A program made the position numbers and the translations under genes. A stretch of DNA of 64,000 bases from contig OY771587.1 in the NCBI GenBank assembly GCA_963674825.1, positions 1,568,001 to 1,632,000 on the forward strand, in the 5' to 3' direction. The DNA comes from Candidatus Cloacimonadales bacterium. GTDB lineage: Bacteria; Cloacimonadota; Cloacimonadia; Cloacimonadales; JAIOQZ01. This document shows positions 10,513-21,200 of the stretch, one piece after another. Within the stretch, counting starts at the first letter, position 1. The number at the start of each line of letters is the position of its first letter. The notes beneath the pieces are model-generated. The model saw only the letters and a program-made list of their open reading frames with translations. It ran no database searches and was not told the origin of the DNA.

Positions 10513-13500
10513 GTGATAAAGCGAATTGTAATTGCCCTGATGCTGCTTCAGGCGGTTTTTGCATTTACACTGGATTACACACCCCGACAGATGATCATCC
10601 GAACAACCGAGCCCGTTTCTGCCCGTGCAGAAGGGTTTGGACTCCAGAGCTTCGACGCGTTTCTGCAATCAAAGAACGTGAACGAAGTCAAGCCTGTCCT
10701 GAAGAAATCGGACAACCGGTATTTCGTTGCAACATTCGACGAGGAACTCGACTGGGATGAGATTCGCAACGCGAACCGGCGTTTCGAGGGAATCGACTAC
10801 ATCCAGCCCAACTATATCAATAAGCTTTACGTAACGCCAAACGACCCCTACTTTGTTAATCAGCAGCTGGATCTGGTCTATGTCCCGGAAGCTTGGGAAA
10901 CCGTCACGGGTAATGATCAGATCATCGTCGGCGTAATCGACTCGGGTATGTTTTTCACGCACCCGGATCTCCAGAACAATGTATTCTACAATTCCGGCGA
11001 AATCCCCGATAACGGCATCGACGACGACAATAACGGTTATATCGACGACTGGCGCGGTTGGGACTTTGTGGATGCGCCGGAGCTGGAAAGCATCGCGCTT
11101 GGCGATTACACGGATCAAGACAACGACGCCACCGACGAGAACAAGCACGGCACCCACGTCAGCGGTATTATTTGCGCTGATACCAACAACAACCTCGGCG
11201 TCGCGGGAATCATGAACAGTTGCCGACTCCTGGTTATCCGGGCCGGTTTCCGTACGACAGAAGGCTATGGCTACCTCCAGGACGATGACAGCGCCGCAGC
11301 GATCGTTTACGCTGCCGATATGGGCGCGGATGTCATCAACCTAAGCTGGGGCGATACCAATTATTCCAACATTATCGCGGACGCATGCCAGTATGCCTAC
11401 GACCACGGTACCATCATCGTCGCATCTGCCGGTAACGATCCCACCGCGGGACTCAGCTATCCGGCAAAGCTATCGACAACAATTGGCGTTGGAGCGGTTG
11501 ATAGTTATTACAATATGGCCGGCTTCAGCAGTTACGGCCCAAGTCTCGACCTCATGGCTCCCGGCCAGCAAATCCTCAGCACCTACGATGTGCTTGAAGA
11601 CGGAACTGGAACCTACTACGAGCAGTCTGGAACCTCGATGGCAGCACCCTTTGTAACCGGAGCTGTCGGCCTGCTACTTTCGATCAATCCTGACCTCGAT
11701 TTTCACGCAGTACGTGCCAAGCTGGCTCAGTCTGCCGACGATCTCGGCGACGAGGGATTCGATAACTACTACGGTAATGGTGTGCTCAATGTGGACCGTC
11801 TGGTTGAAAACGAAGAGCTGCCGTTTATCGAAATCACGTATCCCGAAGAAAGCATGGGACTCAATGAAAGCTTCGATATCATCGGAACCGTTACAGCACC
11901 CAATTTCTTCCGCTATTCGGTAATGTACACGGATGCAATACTTCCCGGTGATATGGATTGGATGGATGTCGAGAATCACACAAACACCCCCACGTTCCAT
12001 TATGATCAGGTGGAAGACGATGTTATCGCCACATTCAACGTTCAGGACCTCTTCCCGGACGGAACGTATATGATCAAAGTCGATATCCTGACCACGGATG
12101 GTAAGCGATATAACTACCGCCGCTCGGTACGTATCGATCAATCGGCACCGGTTCTGAACACCGATTACTTCGGCATCTTCCAGCGCTACGAAGATGAAAT
12201 TCCAATCTATTACATCCAGGCTATTTACGACGAGCCTGTGATCATGCAGGCAGACTGCATAACCCAGAGCGGCCAGACTTATACCATTTTCAGCGACTAC
12301 AGCGATTCGCTTCAGATCGTTCCCATTACAGGCAACATCCCCGAGGGCGTGATCGATATACAGCTTTCCGCGACCAACGAAACTGGCCTCACAAGCGTCT
12401 CGGAAATCTTCCAGAACGTGGTGGATATTCGCTTCGACTCGGTCAACATCCACGACTACGAGCAGAACATCTCCGGCGTCGGGCTTGTTCCGATCCCCGT
12501 GAGAGGCTCGGACGACCGCAGGTTCATTGGTATGACCATGTCCTCCAGCTATGGACCGGTTCAATTCTACCAGATCGTGAACAACCAGGTAGTCAGCATA
12601 CCTGGATCGACTTTCAGCGACCAATTCTGGCCACTTTCATGTGGTGATACTGACGGTGAGCGATTGGAAGTACTCGGGCTGAACTTGGACACAGCGACGC
12701 TCTACGAAGTAGCTCCTGCTGCCGATCCGGACAGTTACGCTTTTATCCCGATGTGGAACCAGGCAAATATCTCCGGTGGTAAATTTACCGATTATACTGG
12801 CGACGGTGTGGACGACGTGATTCTGGTAACCAACATCACTTCCGGTAGGGTTCTCAAGCTCTATCGTCGCTCTGGAGCAAACTACGTCGAGCAGTACACG
12901 ATCTACAATGGCACGACGACCCTTTCCAGGAACCTCTTCGTACCAACCGTTTTCTGCGATGACTTCGATGGAGACGGCTACAAGGATATCCTCACCGCTG
13001 ATATCGACGGTGATGTGATCGTATATGAATTCAATGGATCGGAATTCGAACCCGTATGGAACACTCGACTTCCCGTCACCGATACCTACTATCTCACGAT
13101 CGGTGATTTCACCGGAAATCGCCACACCGATTTCTGCGTCGGCGGCTATCAGTCCGACACCTCGGATCCCAACAAGACTTTCTGGTACTTCGGATTCTTC
13201 CAGGCATCGGCAAACAACCAGTACGAGCAAATCGACGAGCTGATGTTCAGTAAGGTCGAATCGCAGAACTCCATTACATCGGTCGATATCGACAACGACG
13301 AAAACGATGAACTGATCTTCTCCCTCTCACCGAACATCTATGTTATCGATTACGTCGATGGGAAGTTCGTACCTGTTTGGCGTGGATCATCGGATAAATC
13401 CTATAACACGGTTGCATTCCCGCCTACCGACACAGAATCGGCTGCATTCCTCTTTAACGATGTCCAGAACGGGATAAATTTTGCATCCGTCGGATATTCT

Positions 13501-14685
13501 TCTGATGAATTCACCGGTCCGCCCACCCCACAGGGATTCCGCGTCGCACCGGTTGACCAGAACACCGTGCAGCTGGATTGGTCGGACGTCGAAGCAGAAG
13601 GTTACCGCGTTTATCGCCGCGAAAACAGCACCATCACCATTATCGGTGAGACAGCCGCAACAACCTACCGTGACACGGGGCTTACACCTGGCTCGACCTA
13701 CGAATATGCCATTACGACTCTCGACGAGCACTACGATCCGAACGAATCGCGCATGACGCTCTGGAAAGAAGCAACCGTAGATATTCCACCACAGCTCGAA
13801 TGGGTCCGCATGGTTTCGCCTACCAGCCTCCGGCTTAAGTTTGACCGCAAACTGAATCTGGATGCGATCAACGTAGGCCACTACTCGGTGAATCATGGCA
13901 TCGGAAATCCTGAATCGGCGATTATGACCGATACGCAGGAAGGCGTGCTGCTGCGCTTCAACTCGATCCTTACCTATTATCCCGATTACCTGCTGACGAT
14001 CGACAATCTTACCGGTGAATCCGGTGTACCGATCGAAAATGACGAGATTTCGTTCCAATTCGTGAACGACGTCGATCCTCCCAACGTTCAGGAGATACGC
14101 ATTGTAGAAAAGAACAGGATTCAGGTGGTGTTTACCGAAACCGTAGCCTCGAGCGCTGGCAATATCGGAAATTACACACTGAACCTTCCGTCGGTGGATC
14201 AGCAGAACAGTATTGTGTCTGTCAGCCATGCCGACAGCATCGTAACAATCGTTTTCAGCAAGAATCTCGTTTATTCGTCGCAGCCGTATCAGTTGGTCAT
14301 GCGTAACATCGAAGATCTCTACGGCAACGACCTTCCGAACGACAGCGATATTCAGGCTTTCAGCTTGACAGACCTGGAACCTCTACGAAATCTTGATCAC
14401 ATGGTCGTCTATCCTAATCCTTTCTACGCAAAGGATTTTCACGAGGTACGGTTTATCAATCTGCCTTCGAACCAAAGCGGCAAGATCTGGATTTACAACC
14501 TGAATGGCGACCTTGTTTACCGGAAAGCCCTGAATTCATCAACCTTGACCATCGTGAACAACGATGTCTATTTTGGATGGCCTGCCACGAATAACCTTGG
14601 CAAAGATGTAGCATCAGGTGTTTATTTTTATGTTATCAAGATGGGTGGCGAACGCCAGAAAGGAACCCTTTCGGTGATTCGGTAG
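10513..14685 (+). CDS. Secreted S8 serine protease with FG-GAP repeats, Fn3, Ig-like domains and a T9SS-A/FlgD-like tail
   Basis: VGVIDSG, HGTHVSG and SGTSMAAP triad; NGIDDDNNGYIDD insert; DFDGDG repeats; tail VYPNPF...IYNLNGDLV...VASGVYFY. Confidence 0.9.
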   Translation: MIKRIVIALMLLQAVFAFTLDYTPRQMIIRTTEPVSARAEGFGLQSFDAFLQSKNVNEVKPVLKKSDNRYFVATFDEELDWDEIRNANRRFEGIDYIQPNYINKLYVTPNDPYFVNQQLDLVYVPEAWETVTGNDQIIVGVIDSGMFFTHPDLQNNVFYNSGEIPDNGIDDDNNGYIDDWRGWDFVDAPELESIALGDYTDQDNDATDENKHGTHVSGIICADTNNNLGVAGIMNSCRLLVIRAGFRTTEGYGYLQDDDSAAAIVYAADMGADVINLSWGDTNYSNIIADACQYAYDHGTIIVASAGNDPTAGLSYPAKLSTTIGVGAVDSYYNMAGFSSYGPSLDLMAPGQQILSTYDVLEDGTGTYYEQSGTSMAAPFVTGAVGLLLSINPDLDFHAVRAKLAQSADDLGDEGFDNYYGNGVLNVDRLVENEELPFIEITYPEESMGLNESFDIIGTVTAPNFFRYSVMYTDAILPGDMDWMDVENHTNTPTFHYDQVEDDVIATFNVQDLFPDGTYMIKVDILTTDGKRYNYRRSVRIDQSAPVLNTDYFGIFQRYEDEIPIYYIQAIYDEPVIMQADCITQSGQTYTIFSDYSDSLQIVPITGNIPEGVIDIQLSATNETGLTSVSEIFQNVVDIRFDSVNIHDYEQNISGVGLVPIPVRGSDDRRFIGMTMSSSYGPVQFYQIVNNQVVSIPGSTFSDQFWPLSCGDTDGERLEVLGLNLDTATLYEVAPAADPDSYAFIPMWNQANISGGKFTDYTGDGVDDVILVTNITSGRVLKLYRRSGANYVEQYTIYNGTTTLSRNLFVPTVFCDDFDGDGYKDILTADIDGDVIVYEFNGSEFEPVWNTRLPVTDTYYLTIGDFTGNRHTDFCVGGYQSDTSDPNKTFWYFGFFQASANNQYEQIDELMFSKVESQNSITSVDIDNDENDELIFSLSPNIYVIDYVDGKFVPVWRGSSDKSYNTVAFPPTDTESAAFLFNDVQNGINFASVGYSSDEFTGPPTPQGFRVAPVDQNTVQLDWSDVEAEGYRVYRRENSTITIIGETAATTYRDTGLTPGSTYEYAITTLDEHYDPNESRMTLWKEATVDIPPQLEWVRMVSPTSLRLKFDRKLNLDAINVGHYSVNHGIGNPESAIMTDTQEGVLLRFNSILTYYPDYLLTIDNLTGESGVPIENDEISFQFVNDVDPPNVQEIRIVEKNRIQVVFTETVASSAGNIGNYTLNLPSVDQQNSIVSVSHADSIVTIVFSKNLVYSSQPYQLVMRNIEDLYGNDLPNDSDIQAFSLTDLEPLRNLDHMVVYPNPFYAKDFHEVRFINLPSNQSGKIWIYNLNGDLVYRKALNSSTLTIVNNDVYFGWPATNNLGKDVASGVYFYVIKMGGERQKGTLSVIR

Positions 14686-14707
14686 TCCGCCCCGGAAAGG
14701 AGCTCGA

Positions 14708-15517
14708 ATGATCTCACTCGACTGGAAATACAGATTGAAAGAAGACACGGAGGATTTCTTCAAACGGAAATTGTCGAACGGCGATTTCGATATTGAAATT
14801 ATATATAACGCCTACCCGGAACGTATCGACGGGAAGATCCCAAAAGAGGTGATCACATTCGTCGCGAAAACACTTGCGGGTAAGATTGCCAGAAAACCAG
14901 AGCAGTATATCGATTTCTTCAACTACCTCTGGAAAGACAAGGGCGAATCTGGCCGTATCGCGCTGTGCTATATTTTGGCACGCGCCGTGAAGAAACAACC
15001 GGACACTTTCCTCGAATTCACCGGCAAGCTTGTGGAAAAGACCCGCAACGAACAGGACGTTAACCTGCTACTGGACAAGACACTCTTTCCGTTGCTGAAA
15101 GAACAGCCGGAGAAGTTTCTGGATCGCGCCATCCGCTGGCTTAAATTCGATAACCCAGTAACACACAAGGCCGTTGTAAAGCTTCTCATCAAGCTTTGCA
15201 AGCAGGATGAAGAGCTGATATCGCTGATTTTCAAGCGCTTGGAAAGCCTTTGGCTGTACGCTGACGCGGAGATGGTCAAGGCAAACAGCCAGTTCCTCAA
15301 AGCGATTTATAAGCTCAATCCCGATTTTTATATCGACGTGTACCGGCATTATACCCATACTCGTAACCCTGTTTTCGTGGAGATACTCTCTGGTGCGATC
15401 GTGGAATACGATCCGGTTATCGAAGAGGCTGTCTCGCTATGGGTCAAGAGCGGAAACGCCCGTCTGAAGAAAGCTGCCGTTGCAGCAGAGAGAATAATCA
15501 AAAGAAAGAAGAACTAA
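14708..15517 (+). CDS. Alpha-helical (HEAT/ARM-like) hypothetical protein, possibly DNA alkylation repair family
   Basis: Long ORF in operon with SD; amphipathic helical repeats; family assignment weak. Confidence 0.5.
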   Translation: MISLDWKYRLKEDTEDFFKRKLSNGDFDIEIIYNAYPERIDGKIPKEVITFVAKTLAGKIARKPEQYIDFFNYLWKDKGESGRIALCYILARAVKKQPDTFLEFTGKLVEKTRNEQDVNLLLDKTLFPLLKEQPEKFLDRAIRWLKFDNPVTHKAVVKLLIKLCKQDEELISLIFKRLESLWLYADAEMVKANSQFLKAIYKLNPDFYIDVYRHYTHTRNPVFVEILSGAIVEYDPVIEEAVSLWVKSGNARLKKAAVAAERIIKRKKN

Positions 15518-15523
15518 GGTACT

Positions 15524-15997
15524 ATGGCAGAGTATATTACAGAAGAAGGAATGAAGAAACTGCGCAGGCGCATGAGCAACCTCATGGAAAACGAGCGCCC
15601 CGAAGTTATCAAACAGGTGCAGACAGCCCGTGAGATGGGCGATCTGAGTGAAAATGCCGAATATCACGCCGCTCGCGAACGGCAGCGTCATATAGACAAC
15701 GAACTGGAACACCTCCGCAGACGTATGTCTGTCTTGCAGGCGATCAACCCTGATAATATTCCCAAAGACGCAGTCCGCTTCGGCGCGTATATCGACGTGG
15801 AAGATAAGGATAGCGGTGACAAGATTCATTACCGCCTGGTGGGCGTAGATGAAGTGGAAGATACCGGCACAGAACTTGTGCTCGTGTCGGTCGCATCCCC
15901 TATCGGTAAGGCGATGATCGGGAAAAAGAAGGGTGAATCATTCGTCGTGAAAGCGCCGGTTGGCGATCGTAAAATGAAGATACTGAATATCAGCTAA
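15524..15997 (+). CDS. greA: Transcription elongation factor GreA
   Basis: AREMGDLSENAEYHAARE and SVASPIGKAMIG motifs. Confidence 0.95.
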   Translation: MAEYITEEGMKKLRRRMSNLMENERPEVIKQVQTAREMGDLSENAEYHAARERQRHIDNELEHLRRRMSVLQAINPDNIPKDAVRFGAYIDVEDKDSGDKIHYRLVGVDEVEDTGTELVLVSVASPIGKAMIGKKKGESFVVKAPVGDRKMKILNIS

Positions 15998-16008
15998 AGG
16001 ATAAAACC

Positions 16009-17424
16009 ATGAATAAAGAAAGAGCTACCAAACTCAAATACTCACGCAAGAATTTCTGGGAAGATGCAGGTGAGCAGGAACGTAAAGGCGCATTCGATTA
16101 CAATCGTGGCTACAAAGAATTCCTGAACTACTGCAAGACAACCCGCGAGACCGTCCTTTTCGCAGAGAACGTGCTTCGAGAAAACGGATTCAAGGATATC
16201 TACAACTCGAAATCAGCCAAGATGATCTATGGTGTATCGAAAGAGAAAAACATCATCGCTGTGAAATTCGGAAAGAAAAAAGTCTCCGAAGGTATCAACA
16301 TCGTGGCGGCCCACGTGGATACACCGCACATCGACCTTAAACAATGCCCGGTCTATGAAGACGGCGCAAGCGGTTTCGGCATGCTTCGTACGCACTACTA
16401 TGGTGGAATCAAGAAATACCAGTGGCTTTCCACTCCACTCGCACTTCATGGCGTGGTCATTACTGCAGACGGCGAGAAAGTCCGTATATCGATCGGTGAA
16501 GACGAAAGCGATCCGGTATTCGTAATGCCCGATCTACTTCCGCACCTGGCAGCCAACGAGCAATACAGCAAGAAGATCGGTGACGCAGTCGATGCATCCC
16601 GCCTCAACGTTGTTTTCAATTCCATTCCGTTCATTGCGGAAGACGATGAAGATTCCGTCAAAGAAGCTGTGAAACTCCAGGCACTGGTTATGCTCAACGA
16701 AAAATACGGAATTACCGAAGAAGATCTCATCTCCGCCGAGCTCGAGTTGGTTCCTGCCGGAAAGGCTCGCGATTGCGGTCTGGATGGAAGCCTCGTCCTC
16801 GCATACGGACAGGACGACCGTGTTTGCTCCTATACTTCACTTACTGCACTGCTCGACGCTCAGGATCCCGATCACACCGCGATGGTTTACCTCGTCGATA
16901 AAGAAGAAATCGGCAATGTGGGTAACACCGGTGCAGATTCGATCTACCTGCTCGATTTCATCTCCGACCTGCTGGTCTATGCCGGCGAGAAGGGCGACAG
17001 CATCACGCTGCGCAAGACCCTCATCAACAGCCGGTTCCTCTCCGCGGACGTCAATGCCGCCATCAACCCTAATTTCCCCAATGTACTCGAACACGATAAC
17101 GCAGTCCACATCGGTAATGGTGTAGGGCTTGCAAAATATACCGGCGCTCGCGGAAAATCGGGCACCAACGATGCCAACGCAGAATTCGTCGCACAGGTCA
17201 CCCGACTGTTAAACCAGGAAAAGGTCTTCTGGCAGACAGGCGAGCTTGGTAAGGTGGATGAAGGCGGTGGCGGAACCATCGCGCGGAAGCTCGCCGACTA
17301 CGGCTCCGAAGTCCTCGACTGCGGCCCCGGCGTGCTGGGTATGCATTCGCTGTACGAACTGACAAGCAAGGCGGATGTCTATTCAACCTACCGCGCATAC
17401 AAGGTATTCTACGAGAAGGCTTGA
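16009..17424 (+). CDS. M18 family aminopeptidase
   Basis: AHVDTP, THYYGGIKKYQW, GQDDR, DKEEIG, GGGTI and GMHS motifs. Confidence 0.92.
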   Translation: MNKERATKLKYSRKNFWEDAGEQERKGAFDYNRGYKEFLNYCKTTRETVLFAENVLRENGFKDIYNSKSAKMIYGVSKEKNIIAVKFGKKKVSEGINIVAAHVDTPHIDLKQCPVYEDGASGFGMLRTHYYGGIKKYQWLSTPLALHGVVITADGEKVRISIGEDESDPVFVMPDLLPHLAANEQYSKKIGDAVDASRLNVVFNSIPFIAEDDEDSVKEAVKLQALVMLNEKYGITEEDLISAELELVPAGKARDCGLDGSLVLAYGQDDRVCSYTSLTALLDAQDPDHTAMVYLVDKEEIGNVGNTGADSIYLLDFISDLLVYAGEKGDSITLRKTLINSRFLSADVNAAINPNFPNVLEHDNAVHIGNGVGLAKYTGARGKSGTNDANAEFVAQVTRLLNQEKVFWQTGELGKVDEGGGGTIARKLADYGSEVLDCGPGVLGMHSLYELTSKADVYSTYRAYKVFYEKA

Positions 17425-17425
17425 T

Positions 17426-18208
17426 GTGAAAAACGCACGCTTTGCGATCCTTTTGCTCCTGGTGATCATTGTCACCGGGTGTTCTCAATCGGCAATCCTC
17501 GAAAAACGGGTGGCCGATACTGAAAAGCGTCTGGAAAACCTTGGGATCGATGTCAGTGATAACACGATGAAAATCGATAAGCTGAATCAACCCAGCGCTC
17601 AGACCGCGTCCAAACCCGAGGCGGAAATCCGCCCAGATGAGGTGGGACGTTTGAAGGATCGCATTGAGCGGTTGGAGCGACAGATCGTCGATCTCCAACG
17701 CGAGATTCGCACCATGAAATCACAGGAAGAGGACGCCTATACAAAGTTCTCGAAAACCGAGCCCGAGCCGAAACAGGAACTTCCCACACCTGCGCAGCAA
17801 ACTCAGACTGTGAAAAGGGAAGAACCCGTAGTACCACAAGTTGAGAAGATGTACCAGGCGGCTCGCGAGCTCTACCTCAAGCGGAAGTATGACGCCGCGA
17901 TACTGAGCTTCCAGCAGCTTATCGGCGAATATCCCTCGCACGATCTCGCTGCCAACGCGCAGTATTGGATTGGCGAGTGTTACTACGACCGCGATTCCTT
18001 TATCAAAGCGATCGATGAATTCCAGAAAGTGATTGATTTCTACCCCACTTCGAAGAAAGCGCCCGACGCCCAGCTCAAGGTGGGTCTCTGCTATCAGCAG
18101 CTTGGTAAGAAGGAACAAGCTCGCCTGGAGATCCAGCGGATCGAGAAGATGTATCCTAATTACGAGCGTAAGCAGTTGATCAAGAAAATACTCGAGGATA
18201 TGGAATGA
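17426..18208 (+). CDS. cpoB: Tol-Pal associated TPR lipoprotein CpoB/YbgF
   Basis: GTG start, lipobox IVTGC, coiled coil, C-terminal TPRs with YPSHDLAANAQYWIGE and KAPDAQLKVG. Confidence 0.8.
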   Translation: MKNARFAILLLLVIIVTGCSQSAILEKRVADTEKRLENLGIDVSDNTMKIDKLNQPSAQTASKPEAEIRPDEVGRLKDRIERLERQIVDLQREIRTMKSQEEDAYTKFSKTEPEPKQELPTPAQQTQTVKREEPVVPQVEKMYQAARELYLKRKYDAAILSFQQLIGEYPSHDLAANAQYWIGECYYDRDSFIKAIDEFQKVIDFYPTSKKAPDAQLKVGLCYQQLGKKEQARLEIQRIEKMYPNYERKQLIKKILEDME

Positions 18209-18708
18209 AGAGATTCGGCGTAATTCTCGCATTGCTTCTGCTCAGCACATTGCTTTCAGCCAAACCTGTCGATGTCGATGACAGCGGTGCAATCGCTGCA
18301 CGCCTGGTGGAGGTTCTTGATATCACCATTCAGGACGGCTATCCGGTCTATCTCGATATCGATGCCGGGCCTTATACCGACTCGATTTACGAACGAATGG
18401 TGAAGCACTTGATGCAATCTGGCGTTACGATATTGAATCGTGCTTCAGACGAATGTCTGGTGCTTATGATTCGCCATACCGGGTTCGATTTCTCGGATGA
18501 TGAAGAGAAAGACACTGACCGGATGAAGTTTCTCGTGGAACTCTCAAGCAACCAGACTGGCGAGATCTTCTCCATTTCCGAAGTCTCGTTCGAGGTGGAA
18601 AACGCCCTGAGTGAGGAAGAAGCTGCCGGTATTCACTGGTACGATCCGATCATTATCACCACCATCGTCGGTGGGCTAATCTATGTATTTTACTATGGAA
18701 ATCAATAG
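18205..18708 (+). CDS. Hypothetical exported protein with C-terminal TM helix
   Basis: Signal peptide; C-terminal WYDPIIITTIVGGLIYVFYY; translationally coupled to the upstream gene. Confidence 0.65.
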   Translation: MKRFGVILALLLLSTLLSAKPVDVDDSGAIAARLVEVLDITIQDGYPVYLDIDAGPYTDSIYERMVKHLMQSGVTILNRASDECLVLMIRHTGFDFSDDEEKDTDRMKFLVELSSNQTGEIFSISEVSFEVENALSEEEAAGIHWYDPIIITTIVGGLIYVFYYGNQ

Positions 18709-18716
18709 GACAAAGA

Positions 18717-19502
18717 ATGCGTATATCTAAATTGGAATCAAACAGATACTCGATACTTACAGGATATCTGCTTCTCATCGTCATCATCGCAGGCTTCATG
18801 GCCGGTTGCAGCAACGCGGACAAAATCGCTCGTCTGCCTGTCGAAGAAAAAATGCGCCTCGGTGACGAAGAATATGCGGACGAAGATTGGGCCGATGCCA
18901 TCGACTATTACAAGTCGGTTGTGTTCGAACGCAATGCCGCCTTCACTCCGGAAGCGCAGCTCAAGCTCGCGAACTGCTATTTCTTCCAGGACAACTACAC
19001 CGACGCACGTTTCGAATACGAAGAACTGATCCGCCTTTTCCCCGACTTTCGGGATCTGGAAACGGCGTTCTTCAATATCGGGGTGTGCTACTATCAGGAA
19101 TCTCTTCCGGCACAATACACGCAGGAAGAGACAGAAAGCGCAATCGAAGCCTTCGAAGTCTTTCTGGAGAAATACCCCTTCAGCAGTCGTCACGACGAAG
19201 CCCAGGAATACATCGATATGTGCACTGACAAGCTGTGGGAAAAGACCTACTATAACGGCTATATCTATTACATGATGTACGACTACAGCGCAGCAATCAT
19301 GTACCTGGACGAAGTAACCGCTGTGGGCAAGCACAACGATTTTGATCGCAAGGCATGGTATTACAAAGCAAAGATGTACCTCAAACGTGAAGATAAGATC
19401 AATTCGCGGAAAGCGGTCGGCAAATTGGTAGAACGCTACCCCGAATCGTCGGAAGCTCGTCGGATGCAGAAGAAGCTCGATCGACTTCTGGCAAAGGATT
19501 AG
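18717..19502 (+). CDS. bamD: Outer membrane protein assembly factor BamD
   Basis: Lipobox FMAGC; TPRs; QEETESAIEAFEVFLEKYPFS pattern typical of BamD/YfiO. Confidence 0.82.
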   Translation: MRISKLESNRYSILTGYLLLIVIIAGFMAGCSNADKIARLPVEEKMRLGDEEYADEDWADAIDYYKSVVFERNAAFTPEAQLKLANCYFFQDNYTDARFEYEELIRLFPDFRDLETAFFNIGVCYYQESLPAQYTQEETESAIEAFEVFLEKYPFSSRHDEAQEYIDMCTDKLWEKTYYNGYIYYMMYDYSAAIMYLDEVTAVGKHNDFDRKAWYYKAKMYLKREDKINSRKAVGKLVERYPESSEARRMQKKLDRLLAKD

Positions 19503-19515
19503 CGACACGAGTAAG

Positions 19516-20124
19516 ATGATGTTTCACTCAGAGAAATCCGGGAATTGCAAGCTTGGCTTTCTTGGCGGAACATTCAATCCTATCCACAACGGCCACATAT
19601 TGGCAGCCCTGAACGCAATCGAGCGATTAAAGCTTGATAAGGTTATCTTCTTACCCAACAGCACACCACCCCACAAGGCAGACGATGAATTGCTCCCCTT
19701 CGCGGTGCGCTACAAGCTTATTCAAGAATCCATCCGTCAATACCCGAACCTCGAAGTCAGCGCCCTGGATAACACCGAGGATGAGAAGAGCTACACATGG
19801 CATCTTGTCCAAAGGCTCCGCGTAAGCTATCCCGAAGCCGATTTTGTTTTTATCATTGGTGCAGACAATATTCGTAAGCTGAAGACGTGGTATGAGTTCG
19901 AGAAGCTTCTCGATGAGATTACCTTCGCGGTGGTCACTCGCAATACGGATGATCCCGTCGACGATAAACCCGACTATTACGACCGCCTGATCCTGCTTCC
20001 TATGCAACCAGTTGATATTTCCTCTACTGATATTAGAAATCGTTTGCGCGATGGAGTGGATATATCCGAATTGGTACCGAAGCCTGTTTGGGAATATTAT
20101 CGTTCCCTCTTATCAAAGAGGTGA
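19516..20124 (+). CDS. nadD: Nicotinate-nucleotide adenylyltransferase
   Basis: GGTFNPIHNGH, PPHK, FIIGADN and ISSTDIR motifs. Confidence 0.95.
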   Translation: MMFHSEKSGNCKLGFLGGTFNPIHNGHILAALNAIERLKLDKVIFLPNSTPPHKADDELLPFAVRYKLIQESIRQYPNLEVSALDNTEDEKSYTWHLVQRLRVSYPEADFVFIIGADNIRKLKTWYEFEKLLDEITFAVVTRNTDDPVDDKPDYYDRLILLPMQPVDISSTDIRNRLRDGVDISELVPKPVWEYYRSLLSKR

Positions 20125-20132
20125 AGATAACC

Positions 20133-21200
20133 ATGAACAAGAAACGCGACAAGAAGAAATTTTCACGGCAGAATATCCGACTCAGGAATATGGCTGCGGA
20201 CGATCTGGAAGCCTTCTACACGGAGGAAATCCACGAAGAGAAGCGTGCCAGCAAGAAATCTCCTGATAAGGGGCAGCATACGCTGAAATCGGATGTAAAG
20301 CTGGAAAAAGCCCGGATTCTCGAAGTGCAGTCAAACCACATCGCGATTGTCGAGCTTGACGGAAAACCGTTGTCGTGTACTGTCAGTGGCAGGCTAAAAA
20401 ATCTGAATTTCGAGACGCGCAGCCTTGTCTTCGCCGGTGACTGGGTTCATATCGACCGCACCAACGACGACCCGCGCATCGAGGAGATTCTCCCGCGCGA
20501 AAACTCGCTGTCGCGCTTCTCCGAAGATGGTTTCCAGAAAGAGATTGTCGTGGCCGCCAATATCGATCAGGTAGTGATTACCTGTTCCTGGACGCAGCCT
20601 GAATTGCGACTTGGCCTCCTGGATCGCTATCTTTGCAGCGCGGAAATCGCGGAGATCGACGCGGTGATCTGCGTAAACAAGGTCGATCTGGCGGAATCGC
20701 TTGACGAAGTAAACGATGCGTTCGATTACTATATCCGTAGTGGTTATCCGGTATGCCTTACATCCGCTGCAACCGGCCTGGGTATCGACGATCTGCGCAG
20801 CATGCTCATCGGCAAGCAGACGGTGTTCTCTGGTCATTCGGGCGTGGGCAAGACTTCCCTGATCAACCTGCTGCATCCCGAGCATGACGCGGAGGTATCG
20901 CATATCAGCGAATCGACCGGCAAAGGACGCCATACGACCACCCGGACCAGCCTGATCCCTTTTACATTCGGCGGCTATCTCGTCGATACACCAGGGATCA
21001 AGACATTCGGTCTGCATCGTGGCGATCAGGCTGCTTTACCGCTCGTGTTTCCCGGATTTGCACGCTATGCCGCGGCCTGCAAGTTCAACGACTGTACACA
21101 CACCCACGAGGTAGATTGCGGCGTCAAAAACGCGTTTGAAAAGGGAGAGATCCCCGAAGAGCGCTATGAATCGTACCTGAGAATCATGGAATCATTATGA
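20133..21200 (+). CDS. rsgA: Ribosome small subunit-dependent GTPase A
   Basis: Circularly permuted GTPase NKVD, GHSGVGKTS, GRHTT, DTPG; C-terminal CKFNDCTHTHEVDC zinc finger. Confidence 0.95.
   Translation: MNKKRDKKKFSRQNIRLRNMAADDLEAFYTEEIHEEKRASKKSPDKGQHTLKSDVKLEKARILEVQSNHIAIVELDGKPLSCTVSGRLKNLNFETRSLVFAGDWVHIDRTNDDPRIEEILPRENSLSRFSEDGFQKEIVVAANIDQVVITCSWTQPELRLGLLDRYLCSAEIAEIDAVICVNKVDLAESLDEVNDAFDYYIRSGYPVCLTSAATGLGIDDLRSMLIGKQTVFSGHSGVGKTSLINLLHPEHDAEVSHISESTGKGRHTTTRTSLIPFTFGGYLVDTPGIKTFGLHRGDQAALPLVFPGFARYAAACKFNDCTHTHEVDCGVKNAFEKGEIPEERYESYLRIMESL

Noticed and set aside
11674..14229. Long antisense ORFs (e.g. 11674-12624, 13387-14229; likewise 30491-31420, 44491-45318, 50444-51469)
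   Set aside because: They lie opposite well-supported genes, have no motifs, and are explained by codon bias on the coding strand.
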